From: Bacteroidales bacterium
Lineage (GTDB): Bacteria; Bacteroidota; Bacteroidia; Bacteroidales; F082
Reading direction: 5' to 3'
Length of the DNA: 64,000 nucleotides
Assembly: GCA_017616735.1 (NCBI GenBank)
Contig: JAFZXP010000078.1
Location: 6,630 to 70,629, forward strand
The position numbers and the translations under genes are program-made. Shown piece by piece: positions 62,082 through 64,000 of this stretch. The notes beneath the pieces are model-generated. The model was not told the DNA's origin, ran no database searches, and saw only the letters and a list, made by a program, of their open reading frames with translations. How positions within the stretch are numbered: position 1 is the first letter of the stretch; each line of letters opens with the position of its first letter.

Positions 62082-64000
62082 AAAGAATGCGATATTGATT
62101 TTCTTATGTCTTTCGGCTTTGGCTTCCGCGGCACAGGTGAAAGGCAAAGTGAAGGATGACCAAGGCAATGCTTTGGTGGGAGCCAACGTGGTGTGGCAAG
62201 GCACCAATCATGGCACCACGACCGATGCGAATGGCTCGTTTGTTTTAAACAGGGTGGATGAAATACATTCGTTAGTGACTTCGTTTGTGGGATATGCAAA
62301 TGACACAACTAATTGCAAAGATATTGATTATGTTGAGATTACGCTGCGTGGTGAGATAACTTTGGACGATGTGGTGGTGAAGGCGGCGCGACCGGGCGTA
62401 ATGAAGGCCCGTGGCGCTCAAAACATAGATGTTATCGGATCTGCCGAGTTGTGTCGGGCCGCATGCTGCAATCTGGGCGAGAGTTTTTCCAACAACCCAT
62501 CGGTTGATGTGGAATACTCCGATGCCGCTACGGGTGCCAAACAAATCAAACTTCTCGGATTATCAGGCGGTTACGTGCAGATGTTGACTGAAAATGTGCC
62601 AGCTTTCCGTGGCGCTGCGGCACCTTTTTCGCTTGGATACATCCCTGGTACTTGGATGCAGTCGATTCAGGTGTCGAAAGGCGCGGCGACAGTGAAAAAC
62701 GGTTATGAATCAATAACCGGACAGATAAATGTGGAATACCTGAAACCTCAGTTGGAAGAAGAACTCGATGTGAACCTGTTTTTGGACAGTCATCTGAAAA
62801 TTGAGGCTAATATCGAAGGAAATTATCACTTCAACGATGCGTTAAGTACAGGATTATTAGCGCATTATGAGAATATGTGGATGGAGCACGACGGCAACGG
62901 TGACGGCTTTATGGACATGCCTAAGGTGCAGCAATTTGACTTCATGAACCGCTGGATGTACAAGAAAAACCATTATGTTATGCAGGCTTATGTGAAGGCG
63001 TTGAAAGAGGATAGAAATGGAGGGCAAACTGAGGATTCGTACAATCATTCAAAGGCGTTGGATTCTGATAATCAACGATATAAGATAAATATCGAGAGTG
63101 AACGATATGAAGGCGTATTGAAAAACGCTTACATTTTTAATGAGGTTTACAACACTAATGTCGCTTTGATATTGTCGGGTTCGATTCATAAAATGAATTC
63201 TTTGTATGGCTTTAAGAATTACGATGTGAACAATAATAACGCATATGCGCAATTGATGTTTGAGACGGAATTCACCCCAAGTCACAGTATATCAACTGGT
63301 TTGTCGTTCAATCACGATTGTTTTAATGAACGTTGGAAGCTGGATTATATACCCAACCTCCGAAGAGCGCCCGATGAAAATATTGCCGGAGCTTATGCTC
63401 AATACACTTTCAATTATGATGAGAAACTTGTTTTTATGGCTGGTTTACGTGGCGATTACAGCGATTTGTACGGCGCGTTTGTCACGCCCCGCGCTCACGT
63501 TAAATGGGTGCTCAGCGAACTGTTGAAACTGCGCTTTTCGGCAGGAAAAGGCTATCGTACACCACGCCCAATGCTTGATTATCACACGCTTTTGGCAAGC
63601 AGCCGCGATATTATACTCGACGACAACCTCAAGCAGGAGGAGGCCTGGAACTACGGCGCTACGGCGACATTTGACATCGACATCCTTGAGAAGTGCTTGC
63701 TGATCAATTTGGAATACTATTATACCAACTTTGATAATCAAGTGGTTATCGACATCGACAGCGATGCTCACAAGGTGCATTTCGGCAACCTTAACGGGAT
63801 ATCTTATTCGCATACATTCCAAATCGATGCAACATACCCGTTTTTCGAGGGTTTCTCGCTTTTGGGAGCATTCAGATACAACGACGTGAAAACCACCATC
63901 AATGGCGTTTTGCGCGAAAAGCCGTTGAGCAGCCGCTATAAAGGCCTGGTGACGGCAACGTATAAAACTCCACTAGAGATCTGGCAGTTTGATGTCACGC
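62074..64000 (+). CDS. TonB-dependent receptor with carboxypeptidase-regulatory-like N-domain (3' end cut by window edge)
   Basis: Not in the ORF track because no stop is reached. I translated frame 1 from ATG 62074 to 64000 with no stop. Signal peptide MLRKNAILIFLCLSALASAAQ, CarboxypepD_reg-like VKGKVKDDQGNALVGANVVW, plug-region motif CCNLGESFSNNPSVDVEYSDAATGAKQIKLLGLSGGYVQML. Confidence 0.8.
   Translation, partial: MLRKNAILIFLCLSALASAAQVKGKVKDDQGNALVGANVVWQGTNHGTTTDANGSFVLNRVDEIHSLVTSFVGYANDTTNCKDIDYVEITLRGEITLDDVVVKAARPGVMKARGAQNIDVIGSAELCRAACCNLGESFSNNPSVDVEYSDAATGAKQIKLLGLSGGYVQMLTENVPAFRGAAAPFSLGYIPGTWMQSIQVSKGAATVKNGYESITGQINVEYLKPQLEEELDVNLFLDSHLKIEANIEGNYHFNDALSTGLLAHYENMWMEHDGNGDGFMDMPKVQQFDFMNRWMYKKNHYVMQAYVKALKEDRNGGQTEDSYNHSKALDSDNQRYKINIESERYEGVLKNAYIFNEVYNTNVALILSGSIHKMNSLYGFKNYDVNNNNAYAQLMFETEFTPSHSISTGLSFNHDCFNERWKLDYIPNLRRAPDENIAGAYAQYTFNYDEKLVFMAGLRGDYSDLYGAFVTPRAHVKWVLSELLKLRFSAGKGYRTPRPMLDYHTLLASSRDIILDDNLKQEEAWNYGATATFDIDILEKCLLINLEYYYTNFDNQVVIDIDSDAHKVHFGNLNGISYSHTFQIDATYPFFEGFSLLGAFRYNDVKTTINGVLREKPLSSRYKGLVTATYKTPLEIWQFDVT

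Noticed and set aside
62078-63822. Short minus-strand ORFs (62078..62308, 62272..62544, 62857..63048, 63049..63285, 63445..63822) and plus ORF 63260..63526
   Set aside because: All lie inside the long open frame 1 that encodes a clear TonB-dependent receptor running off the window edge. None has motifs or promoter context.
1-64000. Search for tRNA, rRNA, transposase, integrase, phage, toxin-antitoxin, restriction-modification, CRISPR-Cas or reverse-transcriptase genes
   Set aside because: No ORF or intergenic segment showed the corresponding hallmarks. All intergenic gaps are 315 nt or shorter and are accounted for by repeats, hairpins or promoter-like sequence. Divergent systems lacking recognisable motifs cannot be excluded without profile searches.

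Overview
This 64-kb chromosomal segment looks like a T9SS-bearing Bacteroidales (Bacteroidota) genome. The evidence is five proteins with Por-type C-terminal sorting domains, TAnnTTTG -7 promoter boxes, the bamD-rpoZ-coaBC-DUF4835-recN neighbourhood, and the presence of both Nqr and Rnf. I call about 49 tightly packed protein genes. I found no rRNA, tRNA, CRISPR, transposase, integrase, phage or recognisable defence genes. Left and centre: housekeeping genes, an M16 peptidase, a YtrA-type GntR/ABC operon, and a 1138-aa endonuclease-I T9SS cargo followed by a small anchored protein. These are followed by tandem CotH paralogs behind an ADP-forming acetyl-CoA synthetase, lipid genes, trmH, nadE, yggS, an LtaS-like gene, ffh, folD, an OmpA-like gene and a fadD-like gene. 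Right: an uninterrupted 21-kb minus-strand block, rseC-rnfBCDGEA / 1542-aa C25 protease / CPA2 antiporter / 1165-aa C25 protease / nqrABCDEF. After it come yihY, gpsA, a flippase and a TonB-dependent receptor cut by the window edge. The most notable observations are: (1) the joining of the two redox-driven ion pumps (Rnf, Nqr) around an antiporter and two gingipain-like cargo genes; (2) a family of degenerate heptanucleotide tandem arrays rich in stop codons, sitting on or next to gene ends; (3) a 142-bp duplicated hairpin element that supplies the 3' end of trmH, plus a related third copy; (4) a signal-peptide / P-x-G-x-G-LLI transmembrane / basic-tail module shared by two proteins; (5) several unexplained intergenic motif clusters. 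All protein calls rest on motif recognition by eye, operon context and the supplied ORF track. No database search was possible, so family names are recollection-based. Some starts were moved from the ORF track, which also uses GTG/TTG starts.
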